A program made the translations under genes and the position numbers. From Naegleria gruberi (Eukaryota), in assembly GCA_000004985.1 (NCBI GenBank), contig GG738849.1: a DNA stretch of 64,000 nucleotides; one strand, given 5' to 3'. A model generated the notes under the pieces. It did not search any database, had not been told where the DNA came from, and saw only the letters and a list, made by a program, of their open reading frames with translations. Of the stretch, positions 1 to 12,800 are shown piece after piece. Position 1 is the first letter of the stretch. The number at the start of each line of letters is the position of its first letter.

Positions 1-99
1 TGTGTCAAAATTATCTGGCATTTGACGTATTTCAATAATTTCCAAGACTTTTAAGGGACAACCAATTGCTTATTCTCTTCGTTCCACTATGAAAAGAAT

Positions 100-1218
100 T
101 CAATTTTTTAAATCCATCTCAAAATTGATGCAAACATCGTAATATTTTGAATTTTTCAGCATGATTCTATGATATTTACAATTTGGTGATCCATAAAGCA
201 ATTCACACACAAAATCCAATTCTTCCAATGTTGAGGGAAGATACAATGCTTTTCCTCTTCTTCTACATCTTCCAGATCGCATTCTACTAATTGCCTTATC
301 ACAAATGACATCAAAATGCACAACCAATTCGCACCACTGCATGTCAATTCCATACCAATCATCATGAGTGCCAATCAAATACAACGATTCATAATACAGT
401 TGATGTAATTTCCCACACTGAGGAACAACCAATAGGGAGGGAAATATTGAATCTTTTAGAATGACATGAAACTGCTCTGCTCTGGAGTAGGTATTGCAGA
501 ATAGTACCGTAGAGACAGTTCCATTTTGAATGGATTGTAGCAAGCTGAGCTTTTGATCCATTTTTGGACAATAGACGAAATTCTCATAAATATTATCTCC
601 CAACTGCTTCTCTCTTTGATCGAATGTAATAATAAGTGAATCCTTCAAATAATCATCATACATGTAACATTCTTTGGGTAACATTCTCAAACCAGTTCCC
701 AGAATTTCACATCCTTTTGGGAGTTGATTGAAAATACTCTTAATACACTTTCTTCTTCCACATCCAATCTCTAACATGATATCCATTTCATCAATTGCAA
801 GAATTTCCAAACTAGTAAAATTAATTCTATTCTTCTTAATTGCTAATTCTGGAGTGGTAATCAAAATTCTTGGATTTTCTCTCCAATCACTAGAAATTTT
901 CGCCTCTTGAATAAAATCAGCAAGAGCAAGCATAGCACTTCTTACTTGATAGGCCAAAAACTCGTTCGGAACTAGAACTAAACCTTGCAATTGATCATCC
1001 TTCTTTGAAAAATCAACATGTTTCAATACTTTAATTATCAATCCAATAGTTTTCCCTGATCCTGCAATCCATTGAACTAGTGTGCAAGATTTCGTTGATT
1101 CAAAAGATTTCAAGATGGCTATTTGGGAGGGAAGCATCATTTCAAATCCATAGCAATAAATTCCTTTTAAAAGATTCTCCGAAACATTTAAATCCTCAAA
1201 AGATGTAGAATCAGACAT
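100..1218 (-). CDS. DEAD-box (eIF4A-like) RNA helicase family protein with degenerate catalytic motifs (DEMD in place of DEAD, SAT->GTG, PTRELA->PNEFLA, TPGR->TPEL)
   Basis: 372-aa ORF. Q-motif-like FEDLNVSENLLKGIYCYGFEMMLPSQIAI, P-loop AGSGKT, DEMD box, C-terminal SRMRSGRCRRRG (motif VI-like). Real ATG at 1218. Confidence 0.6.
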   Translation of the reverse strand: MSDSTSFEDLNVSENLLKGIYCYGFEMMLPSQIAILKSFESTKSCTLVQWIAGSGKTIGLIIKVLKHVDFSKKDDQLQGLVLVPNEFLAYQVRSAMLALADFIQEAKISSDWRENPRILITTPELAIKKNRINFTSLEILAIDEMDIMLEIGCGRRKCIKSIFNQLPKGCEILGTGLRMLPKECYMYDDYLKDSLIITFDQREKQLGDNIYENFVYCPKMDQKLSLLQSIQNGTVSTVLFCNTYSRAEQFHVILKDSIFPSLLVVPQCGKLHQLYYESLYLIGTHDDWYGIDMQWCELVVHFDVICDKAISRMRSGRCRRRGKALYLPSTLEELDFVCELLYGSPNCKYHRIMLKNSKYYDVCINFEMDLKN

Positions 1219-1410
1219 TTTTTTGATTGAGAGTAGTTAACCTTGATCATTTGGAAAATTCAATCTACAGATATTCCCATTAAATCTGTTAGGCTTTGAA
1301 AAATTTAAAACCCTTGATCGCTTTTTATCGGCAGTTGGAAAAAAATCAATGGTTATTGTATGATCACAATGAAGGTCAAATCGAAACGTTATTTTTTTAT
1401 TTTTAAAAAA

Positions 1411-4400
1411 ATGAGCCTGAACGGAAATGTTACACCTCCTACATCATTATTGAACAACAATAGAAAAAACAAAGTTATTGGTGACGATGATGATGATGAG
1501 GACATGGTGTCCTCCAATAATAATAATAATAACAATAATAACAATAATAACAGTGCTAACGTTTCGCAAGGAGGTTCTGCATCAGCTAATAGTAGAAGGA
1601 AAGAAGAAAAGAAAGTGGTGAAGAGTTATGATGAATCGGAGAGTGCTAGCGATATGGACACAGATTCTGAGTCTGATGTATCGGATACTAGTAATAGTAG
1701 TTCTTCGGGAGAAGAAGAAGAAGGTATGTTAAATAATTATTTAGAAAATTAATAGTGTCATTTTGATATATTAAAAAAACAGAGGATGGATATTTGTGGA
1801 ATATTACTGAAGAAGATGGAAAAGATGTTGCTGTCCGAGGTTATGAGCATAGGTTTGTTTTTAAAAGGGCTATATAATATTTAATATTCTCGGAATTGTT
1901 TTTAATATCATCATCGTTAGAGGCGAAAACAAAAATCCAACTGCACCAGTTATGATGCAAATGAAAAAGTCCAAAAAAATTAATTTTCCAATTACTGTGA
2001 AAGATAACAAGTGTTCTATCGGATTATCTGGGTATTGTATGATAAAGGCGTCACACTGTATGGAGAGCGGATCGTATTATTATGAAGTCAAAATTGAGGA
2101 ATCCGTATCATGTGACACAACCAAACTTCCTGATTATGCAAAACAAAGTCATTATAGATGTGGATGGAGTATGGAGCAAGGATTCGATAAAGCTTGTTGT
2201 GGATACGATAAATACTCATTTAGTTATGGAAGTAGTGACGGAAATTGTTTTCATAAAGGAAAAGGATCTAAATACGGAGAAAAGTTTGGAGTTGGAGACA
2301 TAATTGGATGTTATATTGAAATACCAGATACCTCAACACCCAATATAATTTATGTTGATGGAAGTATGAGTTTAAAAACTGGAGAAGTTTTCAGAACAAA
2401 GATTGCTACATTGGCAGAGAAAATTGTACCAAATAGCAAAATAATCTTCTTCAAAAATGGAAAATTTCAAGGTGTCGCTTTTACTGATATCCCATATGGA
2501 GCATACTTTCCAGCTATTTCACTATATATGAATGCAAGCGTAACAATGAAATTTGAAAAATATCAACTACAATATAACCCTTATGATATCTGCCCAGAAT
2601 ATATTGCTAAAGATTGGAAACCTGTTGGTGATTTGAGACACCGTAATAAGAACACTCAAAAAACTCCAAGAAAGTCAAATTCACAAAACGAATTCAAAAC
2701 TCCACCTAGTATTTCAAAAGGCAACTTGAAAGAGATTGGAAAGGGTGCTTCTAAACAATTTCATCAATCACCATCCCAAAACAGACATTCAAAAATTGCC
2801 TCAGCCACAATTACTGAAAATAAGAAACCAAAAGAAAAGAAGGAAAAATCTGAGAAATCTCATCATCATCATTCCCATTCAGGACATGGTGATAAGAAAA
2901 CTAAAAAAAAGAAGGAACCAAGGCCATCCAATTCAAGTACCACAGATTTGAAAAAACCAGTTACTGATAAGCAGCCTTCTCCTTCTATTGTTATTGAAAA
3001 ACCTCCAATTGAATTACCACCTCCTCCACCTACTGTTTCAGTTGTCACTTCTACTGAAGTTCCAAAAAGTGTTACTGAGAAGAAAGAAAAGAAAAAGAAA
3101 CCAAAGCCTTTAAGGATTATTACAGACGAAACAGACCTACCAAACATTAAGGAAACAAAACCAAAAATTCAAGATTCTCCAAGATTACCACTAACCCCAT
3201 CTAGTTTGAACCAAAGCTCTGACTCTCCTCTTGTCAGAAGTTCCTCTTCCATGTCAAGGGTGCCAAGTTACTCTGATGTTATGCCTCCTTCTCCTGTTCC
3301 TCCACAACCAAAATCAGATCAGCAAAAATCAACAACACCAACTTTGGATAAGAATACTCGTTCTCCTTCCTCTGCAGGCTCATCGTCTTCAATTAGGAAA
3401 TCTAATAGTGGAACCAGTCTAGAAAAGAGTACATCCTCATCGACACCAACTACACCTGCCACTATCTCAACACCAATCTCAGCAACAAGCACTGCCTCTT
3501 CCTCTTCTGCAAGTAACGCAACTACACCTGCAATAATTCCTCCTGTAAATGATGTCATGCCTGTAAATAAGCCATATATAACAAACATGTCTGACAAGCC
3601 TATCGTTCAATCCTCATTTCCTTCGATTGAACAAATTACACCTCAAGCCAAGGAAAGGAAATCTAAACCAAAGTCTGAAGGTTCATCAATCATGGCTAGA
3701 TCAAAAAATTTCACACCAAAGAAAGTATTAGCCAAGAAGGAAGATTCGGTACCTGTAAAAACTGCTCCTAAGAGAAAGGCTCCAAGTAAAGATGAGGAAC
3801 CTGTCATTCATCACCACACAGTTAAGCTTTTGGATCCGAAAGATCTTCAACAGGCAAAGAAAGCTAAACCTACTCCATCTGCTGAGACAACACCTGTGGC
3901 TACTAATGCACCAAGTGAACCAAAGCCATCATCACCAACTAAGAAACGAAAGACAAGCAAGGCTGAAGCAAAAGAACCAAAGGAAACTCCATCATCTACT
4001 AAAACCAAGGACGAAAACAAAAAGATTGATTCTATTGAACAGGTTACTAGTAATGTAAAAGAAGCTATTCCTGAAAGAATTATGGAGACTATTATTCCTA
4101 AACAACAAATTCAACAAACAGTACATAATCCTGTTCAACCAACAGCTGTGAATCAAACCATACAAGATGCCTCTAAAAACATTTTACAGACCTCTCAACA
4201 TTACTCATCACAACTCAATCAGATTAGTCAACCAAATGTGCAAACAGTTCAGCAACCACAACACGTTAGCACGCAACAATCTTCCACTCCTCAATATGAA
4301 AGATCGAATGCAGAACCAGCATATTCATTTTCTAGTTTGCTGTTAGGATCACCAAACACTTCAAAGAGTATACAAGATCAAATAGGTCAAATATCGTCCT

Positions 4401-5809
4401 CTTCCTCAAACAATTTGAATCACCAATCTTCACAGATACCTGTTAATAATAGTAATTTTTACAAAAATACCTCCCAAGTTTCTACTACCGAAAGAAAACA
4501 AGATTGGCCTGTACATCAGTTACAGACACCAAACAGTGTAACAGCAGCAAGCATGGCAAACACATCATCATCAGTTAGAAATATGCAAACAAGCTTGCCG
4601 AATAATGTTCAAGATATGTCACCAAGTTATCAATCTAGAATGTCTCTTGAAAATCTTATGGCTCAAAACAAACATGAAAATTTGAGATTACTGGAACAAA
4701 TTAATACTCTGCCAAAGGATATTCCAAAGCAACCAAATCCAATGCAAGTCTCTACTCCAACAATGACAAGCCATACTCCTTCTTTCCGTGAATTACTCGA
4801 AACACCAAGTAGCTTTAATTCATCCTCCAGTAGTTCACAAATGTCTAATTCCAATAATTTCTTGACTTCTCAATCAAGAAACATACCTTCAACCGTACCA
4901 CAACAGCAACAGAAGGTTGGTAATCCAAATTTTGTAAACTATCAAATTGGTAAGGATCATACCCAAGGATCAAATCTAGGCAATACCAACAACTATTCCA
5001 ACTATCTACAACAACAACAACAACAACAGCAGCAAGCAGTTAATGAAGTGAAGCAATTGAGTCAACAGGTTTCGAATCAAAATATTTCAAATAATTATGG
5101 TCAATATTCCCAACAACAAAGAGGTAACTTCCAAACCAATACTGCCTATTCATCCAATATGAACACTGCCTCACATAATTTCGCACCTCACCACCAAAAT
5201 GTATTGGTCAACAATACTTCTGCCAACAACATGAATGTAAACCAAAATAACATGACCAATATTGCAAGTATGTCAAATATGAATCAAATGACATCAAATT
5301 TGATGAATAGTCAGAATAGCTCCAAATATAATTCTCTTCAAGGTGCTTCTCTCAACTATCCAACCATGAATCAACAATCCCAGCAACAACAAATTACAAG
5401 TTCATATTCAGGAAATATGGGAGGTCAACCAAAGCAAAATATGATGAGCACTTCTCAACAAGCTTTTAATCAACACCAACATTCCCAACAAACATTGTCT
5501 CATAATCAGCAACAACATTCCCAACAACAATACTCTTCGAATAATATTCCAAGAGGTTTTGCACCACAACAAATTAATCCACAGCAACTGGGAAATAGTC
5601 AAATGACCTCTAATCACCAACAACAATCAATGAATGTTGGTAATTCCAATAACAATATGCAACAATTCCTTCCTGGTATGCATCAGCAATTGCCCAATAA
5701 TTCCCACAACTTCCAAAACTACCAACAAAACAATTCACAACAACAACAAAACACTGGGCAACAATCATCTTTCAAATACTCTTACCTCAATAATAATATC
5801 AATAAATAA
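1411..5809 (+). CDS. ash2: Ash2-like SPRY-domain protein (Set1/COMPASS subunit homolog) with ~900-aa S/T/P/Q/N-rich low-complexity C-terminal extension. Exons 1411-1723, 1783-1852, 1921-5809.
   Basis: ATG at 1411 in AAAAAAATG context. Donor GTATGT at 1724, acceptor AAACAG at 1782. Donor GTTTGT at 1853, acceptor CGTTAG at 1920. Frames join to give ...EEEE-E-DGYLWNITEEDGKDVAVRGYEH-R-GENK... into the 1285-aa ORF. SPRY core (IIFFKNGKFQGVAFTDIPYGAYFPAISLYM) closely matches the Ash2L SPRY domain. Confidence 0.65.
1516..1550 (+). repeat. (AAT/AAC)n coding microsatellite (poly-Asn) inside the ash2-like gene
   Basis: aataataataataataacaataataacaataataac, in frame, encodes N12. Confidence 0.8.
5008..5037 (+). 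repeat. (CAA/CAG)n coding microsatellite (poly-Gln)
   Basis: caacaacaacaacaacaacagcagcaagca in frame in the Ash2-like C-terminal tail. Confidence 0.8.
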
Positions 5810-5930
5810 AACCTGAATATGACAAAAGGTGCCTAACTTCTGTAACAAGTTTCCCTCCTCGGCGAATAGAACAAAAAAGAAGTACAGAACAACTAACAGA
5901 AAAAAAATGTCAGCCCTAGGAGATAGTTAG

Positions 5931-6987
5931 CAACTGTTACACAATTTCGGATATGTGTTTTTGTCTTTTTCATCATCAATTTCGATCATCTTTTGTAACA
6001 AGTATCTTTATCAATATTATCATTTTAATAGTGGTACATTGTTGATGGGACTTCACTTTGTATTTACAGCAATTTTTAGTTTTGCTCTCTCGCAAGCACA
6101 CAAATTCTTTCCTCAGTACAAGGCGTTGGAAAATTTCAAGTTGAAGAAGTTGGATTGGCAATCAGCCGCTCTTATGGGCTTGTTGTTGGCTCTTTCCGTA
6201 GTTTTTAATAACTTGAGTTTACAGTTTAATACTATTGGTGTTTATCAACTTTCCAAGTTGGTCATCATGCCAACAATTCTCGGATTGTCATACATCTTGT
6301 ACAAGGAAACAGCATCAAAACAATTATTATTATCTGTTTTATTAATTATTATTGGTTTAGCTATTACTGTCACTGCCGAAGTTAAGATTACAACATTTGG
6401 TCTTTTCACTTGTGTACTTGCTATTGCTGCAACTGCTGTTCAACAAATGCTTCTCCAAAAGAAGAACAAGGAATTGAATGCTAATCCATTCCAATTATTA
6501 ATTTATCAAGCTCCAGTTGCCTCATTGATTGTTCTTATTTGTTCGCCATTCCTTGATGGTGCAGATGTTATTGCCAATGATTGGCAAAAGATGACGGAGA
6601 GTATTGATTATTTGGTAAGTTGATTGTTTGCTTAGTAGAGGTGAATTAACAAAGAGGTTCAAGTTCTTTGTCATTCTCTCTTGTTTCATTGCATTTTATG
6701 TTAATTTGGGAAGCTTTTTGGTTATTGGTAAACTTTCAGCATTGACTTATCAAGTTGTGGGCCACTCCAAGACTATTGTCATTATTTATGTTGGATCTTT
6801 GATTTTCCAAACACCACTCAACTGGTCACAATTTTTCGGTGTTGTTATTGCCTTAGGTGGTACTATTTATTATTCCTATGTCAAGATGAATGAAACCAAG
6901 CCAGCAGCTACAACAACAACAGAAAAGGTACCAGAACAAGAACCACTCAAATCTGAGCAGCAAGAAGATGGCGAAGAAAGAGTATAA
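5931..6987 (+). CDS. Triose-phosphate/nucleotide-sugar transporter (TPT/SLC35-like) family membrane protein. Two exons (first ends 6614, second starts about 6655-6664). Start codon unresolved.
   Basis: TM-rich ORFs 5955-6623 and 6628-6987 on the same strand, separated by a canonical GTAAGT donor at 6615. Conserved NK(Y) motif near the N-terminus (IIFCNKYL). Total about 340 aa, typical of the TPT family. No in-frame ATG after the TAG at 5928. Confidence 0.5.
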
Positions 6988-7027
6988 ATCAATTTCTCTT
7001 TTTAAACATCTACTTGATTCAATTCTT

Positions 7028-9298
7028 TTATTTCCTACATGATCGAAGTATTTTCTTAAAAACTCTAAACCAGCTCTTCTTTCCATAAACTAACCTTAGT
7101 CCAACATAGCTCAAAATCTTACAAACAATCCAAAAAGAAGTGAGAATTGCCAAATAGACCCACAACATGTAATGTGGATCTGAATATCCATAATTCTTTT
7201 CCAGGAAATAGGTTCCGTTTGTGTAGTAATTTGAAGGGAGGGTAGTATTTAAAGGTGTTTCTAGTTGAATATCAAACTCATTGATAGCCATAGCTTTGAA
7301 ACCATAAAACAGATAATTGAGATATTTAAACCAAGCTAACCATTCAGTATTATGAATACCATAAACCCCACTTGTTAATATAAACATAATATTAATTACT
7401 GGTGTAATTAAATTCAATAAAGGTGGTATAGGAACAAGTGAAACAAGCATTTGAGCAAAACTCACACAAGTCCAATGATAAGTAGCAAAAATAAGGCCGA
7501 AAATTAATACTCGATCATATTCCAATGTCAATCCAGTCATAAAATAAACGATTCCACCAAAAAGCAGCGAAAATATCGACGTTTCTATTAAATCCTCCAT
7601 TGTCTTGGAAATAAAAAACGCACTAGTTCTATAGATTGAACTATTTCTCTCCTGGGTCAACATTGGAATTTGATTAATTAAATTTTTCAAACTTGCAGAA
7701 AACGTTAAAGAGATATTTAAATTGAGAAAGGTAAAAATTTTACCCTTCAATGGCATATTGTTAGGATCTATTTGAAAGTATAATAATCCAATAAATACAG
7801 ATACTGCTATTTTTTCCACGAAAGGTATTAAAAATTCCACTTTCCAATTTCTCAATCTACTCAAATAATTTCTCATTATAAGTGTAAAAACAGAGTAAAA
7901 GAAGTTGGCATAATAAGGCTCGTAGTGAAAAGTTGTTGGATCATTTTCAAGATATCGATTTTCCTCCTTATTTTTCATGGGAATGAAGAAATCGTCCAAT
8001 TGTTTGATATACTCTGTGGCAAATAACTCACTCTGATCTAACGGCTCTTGTGCATCTTCGACTAGTATTGTTTCAAATGTCTCTGTCTGAAGGAGAGAAA
8101 TAACTTGGAACAAAAACTCTACTTCATTATGATTTGATTCATCAGCACTGACACCGATTTTTGAAAAATAGGTAATTAACTTGTTCGGTGGACCAAAGTA
8201 TAATTGATTTCCCTTATTAAGTATTGATATATAATCAAATAACTCTAGTTCTTTTAAAGATGGCTTGTGAGATGTGACCACCACTCCCACACCCATAAGA
8301 GCAATTGATTTCATAATTCTAATAAAATGGGCAGCCTCTCCAATTTCCATGCCATCTGTTGGATATTCAAGAAGTAATACTCTGTGTTTGAGAACATTCT
8401 GCACGGCAATGTGTAATCTCTTCTTCTCAGCTGTTCCAAGGGCTGAATAAAACACATTCTCCTTGTTTTTCAACTCGTACTTTTTGAGGAGGTATTCCAA
8501 ACGTTCCTCTCTACAATTTGAGGCTGCACTCTTAATGTTTGTCAATTTCAATTTGACTGTGAAATTCAAAATTTCCCTCACAGTCAAAACTGGGTGGGAT
8601 GTTGCAAAATGCTTTGGGACATGAGCAACCAGAGACTTGTATTGAGTTGATGTTAGTCTAATACTCGGTTTGTCATGACACGAACAAACAACCTTTCCAT
8701 TAATTAATATTTGGCCTCCAAAATCCTTAAAATCACCTCTCTGGGATAGTATATTCAATAGAGTTGACTTGCCACTATTAGAAGAACCAATGAGAGCTGT
8801 TATCTTTCCTGGTGTCGCAAATCCACACACATTCTTAAGATGCAATGATTCATTTGTAGCTCCTAAAGGATATTGCAATCCCTTCCACTCCAAGAAACAT
8901 CTCTCATCACCCTCAACAAGTGGGTCATCATGAAATTCAACCTTTGCCAGGGAGCTTGATTTCTTAAGAAAACCTACACCTGGATGTTTGATTGGCTTAA
9001 TTGTTCCTTTCAGAGTCAATTTCCTCTGTGGAACAACATTTAATTCAAACTCTACCGCACTATTTCTCCTACTACTTTTAAAAGACAATTCATTTCTCAT
9101 GGCTGAGGCAACAGCTTGCAATGTTGATGGAGAGGCAAAATGGTTATCCTCCAGTTTATCAACAACATCGGACGACACTTGAGAAATATCGACTACTACT
9201 TGTCCTATATCATCATTGGGTGATGAAGATGTTACAACTATTGAGGGTGGAAGTGAAGATGCTTGAGATTCTTGAGTGGATACCACTGCTTCCGACAT
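7028..9298 (-). CDS. ABCG-type half transporter (NBD-TMD) with degenerate ABC signature and Walker B
   Basis: Walker A GSSNSGKST. ABC2-type 6-TM domain C-terminal. Signature LSGGE(R)KR replaced by LGTAEKKR. Walker B hhhhDE replaced by LLLEY. The track start is TTG; first ATG is at 9298 (MSEAVVSTQES...). Confidence 0.7.
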   Translation of the reverse strand: MSEAVVSTQESQASSLPPSIVVTSSSPNDDIGQVVVDISQVSSDVVDKLEDNHFASPSTLQAVASAMRNELSFKSSRRNSAVEFELNVVPQRKLTLKGTIKPIKHPGVGFLKKSSSLAKVEFHDDPLVEGDERCFLEWKGLQYPLGATNESLHLKNVCGFATPGKITALIGSSNSGKSTLLNILSQRGDFKDFGGQILINGKVVCSCHDKPSIRLTSTQYKSLVAHVPKHFATSHPVLTVREILNFTVKLKLTNIKSAASNCREERLEYLLKKYELKNKENVFYSALGTAEKKRLHIAVQNVLKHRVLLLEYPTDGMEIGEAAHFIRIMKSIALMGVGVVVTSHKPSLKELELFDYISILNKGNQLYFGPPNKLITYFSKIGVSADESNHNEVEFLFQVISLLQTETFETILVEDAQEPLDQSELFATEYIKQLDDFFIPMKNKEENRYLENDPTTFHYEPYYANFFYSVFTLIMRNYLSRLRNWKVEFLIPFVEKIAVSVFIGLLYFQIDPNNMPLKGKIFTFLNLNISLTFSASLKNLINQIPMLTQERNSSIYRTSAFFISKTMEDLIETSIFSLLFGGIVYFMTGLTLEYDRVLIFGLIFATYHWTCVSFAQMLVSLVPIPPLLNLITPVINIMFILTSGVYGIHNTEWLAWFKYLNYLFYGFKAMAINEFDIQLETPLNTTLPSNYYTNGTYFLEKNYGYSDPHYMLWVYLAILTSFWIVCKILSYVGLRLVYGKKSWFRVFKKILRSCRK

Positions 9299-9878
9299 TT
9301 TTTCGCACTTGATTAGTGTGGGTTCACAGAATGGTGTGTTTCTTTCCCGCTCTACAGTTGTTACAAGAACTGTACTTGGAATGCGTCTACTGACCTCTGC
9401 CACGTCTGGAGATTGGGTTCTTCTTAAAATGTTTAGCAAGATCTGGAATTAATGAGGATACAGAATTAAACCAAGCTCTTTCTTAATTGTTTTTAAAGCA
9501 TAGAAAACAAACATTTAGCACTCTTCTTCAAGTTAGTTTTCTTTTACATTGAAACCGTATTCAATGTTTAATTGTTGATTTTCTGCATGAAGGTTCTTCT
9601 TTCGATTTCTCTTGAAGCCTCAGTAAATCGAAGACTGAAACTTAGAGCTTGTCTCCAAGCATTTAATACAAAGGATTAAGGAATTGTTGAATGTGACTAT
9701 AAAAGAAAGGTTTGGCCGAAAGTGAACCAATAAGAACTCAAACAAAATATAATTGTCAAAACTAATTTTCAATAAGAAACTCCATCATGGAACTCATACA
9801 ATAATAGGCTCAAAAATACAATATATTTTCCCTCAAATAATTTACGGTTGTTTTCTAATTAGTAAGAAGAATAAAAAA

Positions 9879-12800
9879 ATGGATGAAGCTGAGGCGGCTA
9901 CAGAAAATGCTGATCACCATTCAGTGTATGATGAAAGTGATTTCTCCTCCGACGAAAATGAAGATGTAATCGATGATGACGAAGTGTATGATGATCTTTT
10001 TGATGATTCTGATTTGGAGGAAGATGATGATCAACTAGTAAAAAAACGGAAGCTGAAATCAGTAAGGAGAATGAGCAATTAGAGAAAATTCTTCAAATTT
10101 TCAATAATGAAAATCTATTTACAAAGAATGACGCTTTTGTATTGAGAAGTGAGGAAGAAAAAAAGTTTATTTCAACGGAGGCTGAAGCCAAACTGAAATC
10201 CCTTTACGAGTCTCTATATATTGCTCACTTGAACAAGAAAACGCTCTATCAAATCGAGCCGTTGGAGTTGTTATACTTATTGACCAATCACCGAGATTTA
10301 GATTGGATTGACATGCTAGGAAATGCAAAAGAAAGTAAACGGATTGAATTAATTCAAAAAGAAATTCAATCTCGAATAGATCAACAAACGGCTGAAGAAG
10401 CAGAGGAGGATAAGAATAATTTGGAAGGATATGTTTTGAGACGAGTTAGAAATCATAGAGATAGAGTTGTACATAATTTGGAAACGAAAGTTGAAGAAAT
10501 AATTAGGAGTATTCTCAATGTATTATTTTTTCCTGTAAAGAAAGGAACAACAGTGAAACCATTGGTTGATTTCGGTCCAAAAAAACTGAAACCCAAACTA
10601 AGGAGTATTGTTAAATCATTAGTGTATGGTGATTTAATGCATATTGAGGGGGAATCCGAAACAATTTCACCAGAGGAAGAAAGTGAAATGGTCGAAGTTT
10701 CTGGTCCTGAATTGGCTCAGAAGGAAATCGAACGAATGACAAAGGAACTGCACAACCTAAAGTCTCTCAACCTAGCATACAATGAAAAGGAGGAGGTTCT
10801 TATAGATATTACGAGGGATAAATTCTACGAGTTATTTAATGAAACAAGAAGACAAGCAATTGAGATTAGAAACTTGAAAGAGCAATTGGAAGGAAGGATA
10901 AAAATAATAGAAAAGATGAATGAGGAATATATCTATGATTTTCAGAGGTTGAAAATGACAATTATTGAAAAATTGGAACAAAAAAAGGCACTCACTGATG
11001 ATATTATGCTACTTTCAACTATGGGTGGTTCTTTAATTGCTGATTTTTCATTACTATTGGAGGAGGAAAGAAAAAAGGCACTAGATCAATTGAAATCTGT
11101 TAGAATAACTTTTGGTAAGGAAAAGAAAGTTATTGAAAACCAAAAGTTAAAAGAAATGCTCATTTGGAAGCAAAAGCTGGAATATCTTATTCAGGATCGA
11201 AACAGAATTGTCGAAGAATTGAAGAAAACTCACGAAGAAGAGAAAAAGCGCCTGATGGAAGAACTCTCTCTCCACAAGGGTAAAAAGGGACTTAAAAAAC
11301 TCAACTCTAAGGCCAATCTCTCCACCAGAAAGATTTCTTCTCCAATGCTGAGTGTGAGGGATAAACCTAAGAAACATCTCTTCATGACTCACACCAAGCC
11401 AATTAGTATTGAGCCAACCATTAAAATCTCAGCTCCAACCATAAGTGCAACAATCACCCACGGATCAACTAGACATCTTCTAACAAAACCATCTCCTTTG
11501 ATGAATATTACACATGCTGTAACCAATACTGTCACACCAACTACTCACCCACTACCTCCCCAACAAACTCCACTCACAACTACACAATCCTCAACTGTGG
11601 CCACCACTACCAACGCTAATTCCACAATACCCACTCGTGCTAGCTCAGACCTGCCCTCAAAAATTCTCACAACATCCCACTACCACAGTAATTCAAGTAC
11701 TGCACTACATCCAACAAGACCTAAGAGTGGAGGTGCAATTCTTTCAAAGAAAGAGTCTGTGGTTATTCCAGTTGACGAAGGTCCAATGTTGAGGACCTCT
11801 CTTGATAGAAAGCGAGTCAACTTACTTAGAAGTGCTAAAAAGAGTTACAGAGAAGTTTTGGATATAGACTCTGAAGAAGAAGCTTTGCTGAACGATAAAC
11901 CCGTTAAATATAAGGGAAGAAACAACATGACAAAGCTACATAGCGAAATTCTTGTCCACAAGAAACAAAACAGAGCACTCAGAGTCTTATTGAAGGAGAA
12001 GAATGAGAAACTTCGAACAGTAGTGGCAAAACTAAAGCAAGTGCGACAAAAGAGAGAAACGGCCTTGGATGAGTTGGAAAAGTTTAGAGAAATGCTAGCC
12101 CAAGAAATGAGCACCAATTCTTCTCTTAGAATTCAAATTAAGAGTCTAACCGAGCAAGTCAAAAGATACTCAAGACAGGAAAGAAACAATTCTCTCATGG
12201 AAGCCAAAAATGAAAACAAATCCATGCAAAGAATTCGAGAGGAGGGAAAGAAACGAACATTTGAGATCAGATCCAAGTTTGGTGGACTAAAAAACCAAAT
12301 GAAATTTTGGTCAAGGGAAATGAAAGAGGAGTTAATGAATGTAATAGATATAGAAGGAATAGAAGAGTTGGAAACGGCTGTTGCTGAAGCAGGAGCCGTA
12401 GATAGTGTATTTTCTAAAAACTTGGAAAAGTGGGATCGTTTCATTAGGAAAACTGCTCTCAAAAAAGCATCAAGTCAACCAGCATTAATGGTTGCTCAAA
12501 ATGGTATGTTGTCGATCTCTTTCTATTATTTTTTATTGTGAAAAGAAAACAAAAAGGCCAGCAGAGTGATGATATGTGACAGAGCAATGCAGACTGAAAT
12601 GACTTGCTTTCCAAATGCTGAGAGTGTATCAAAGCAAACCCTTAGTGTTGGAAAAACTGTTCCAAAGGATCTTGAAGACGCTTTTGATACCATTGAACAG
12701 CAAAATGTTGTTCTTGATGAACTAATTCATGATATTGAAAGAAATTACGAATTGGATAAGGCTGAAAAGACTAAATTTTACCGAATCAAAGAAAAGAAGG

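Noticed and set aside
2082-5816. Numerous 60-110-aa ORFs on both strands nested inside the Ash2-like gene (for example 2082-2303, 2869-3147, 3319-3597, 5408-5626)
   Set aside because: They lie entirely within, or antisense to, a long conserved ORF. They have low-complexity translations produced by the repetitive codon composition, with no start context or independent evidence.
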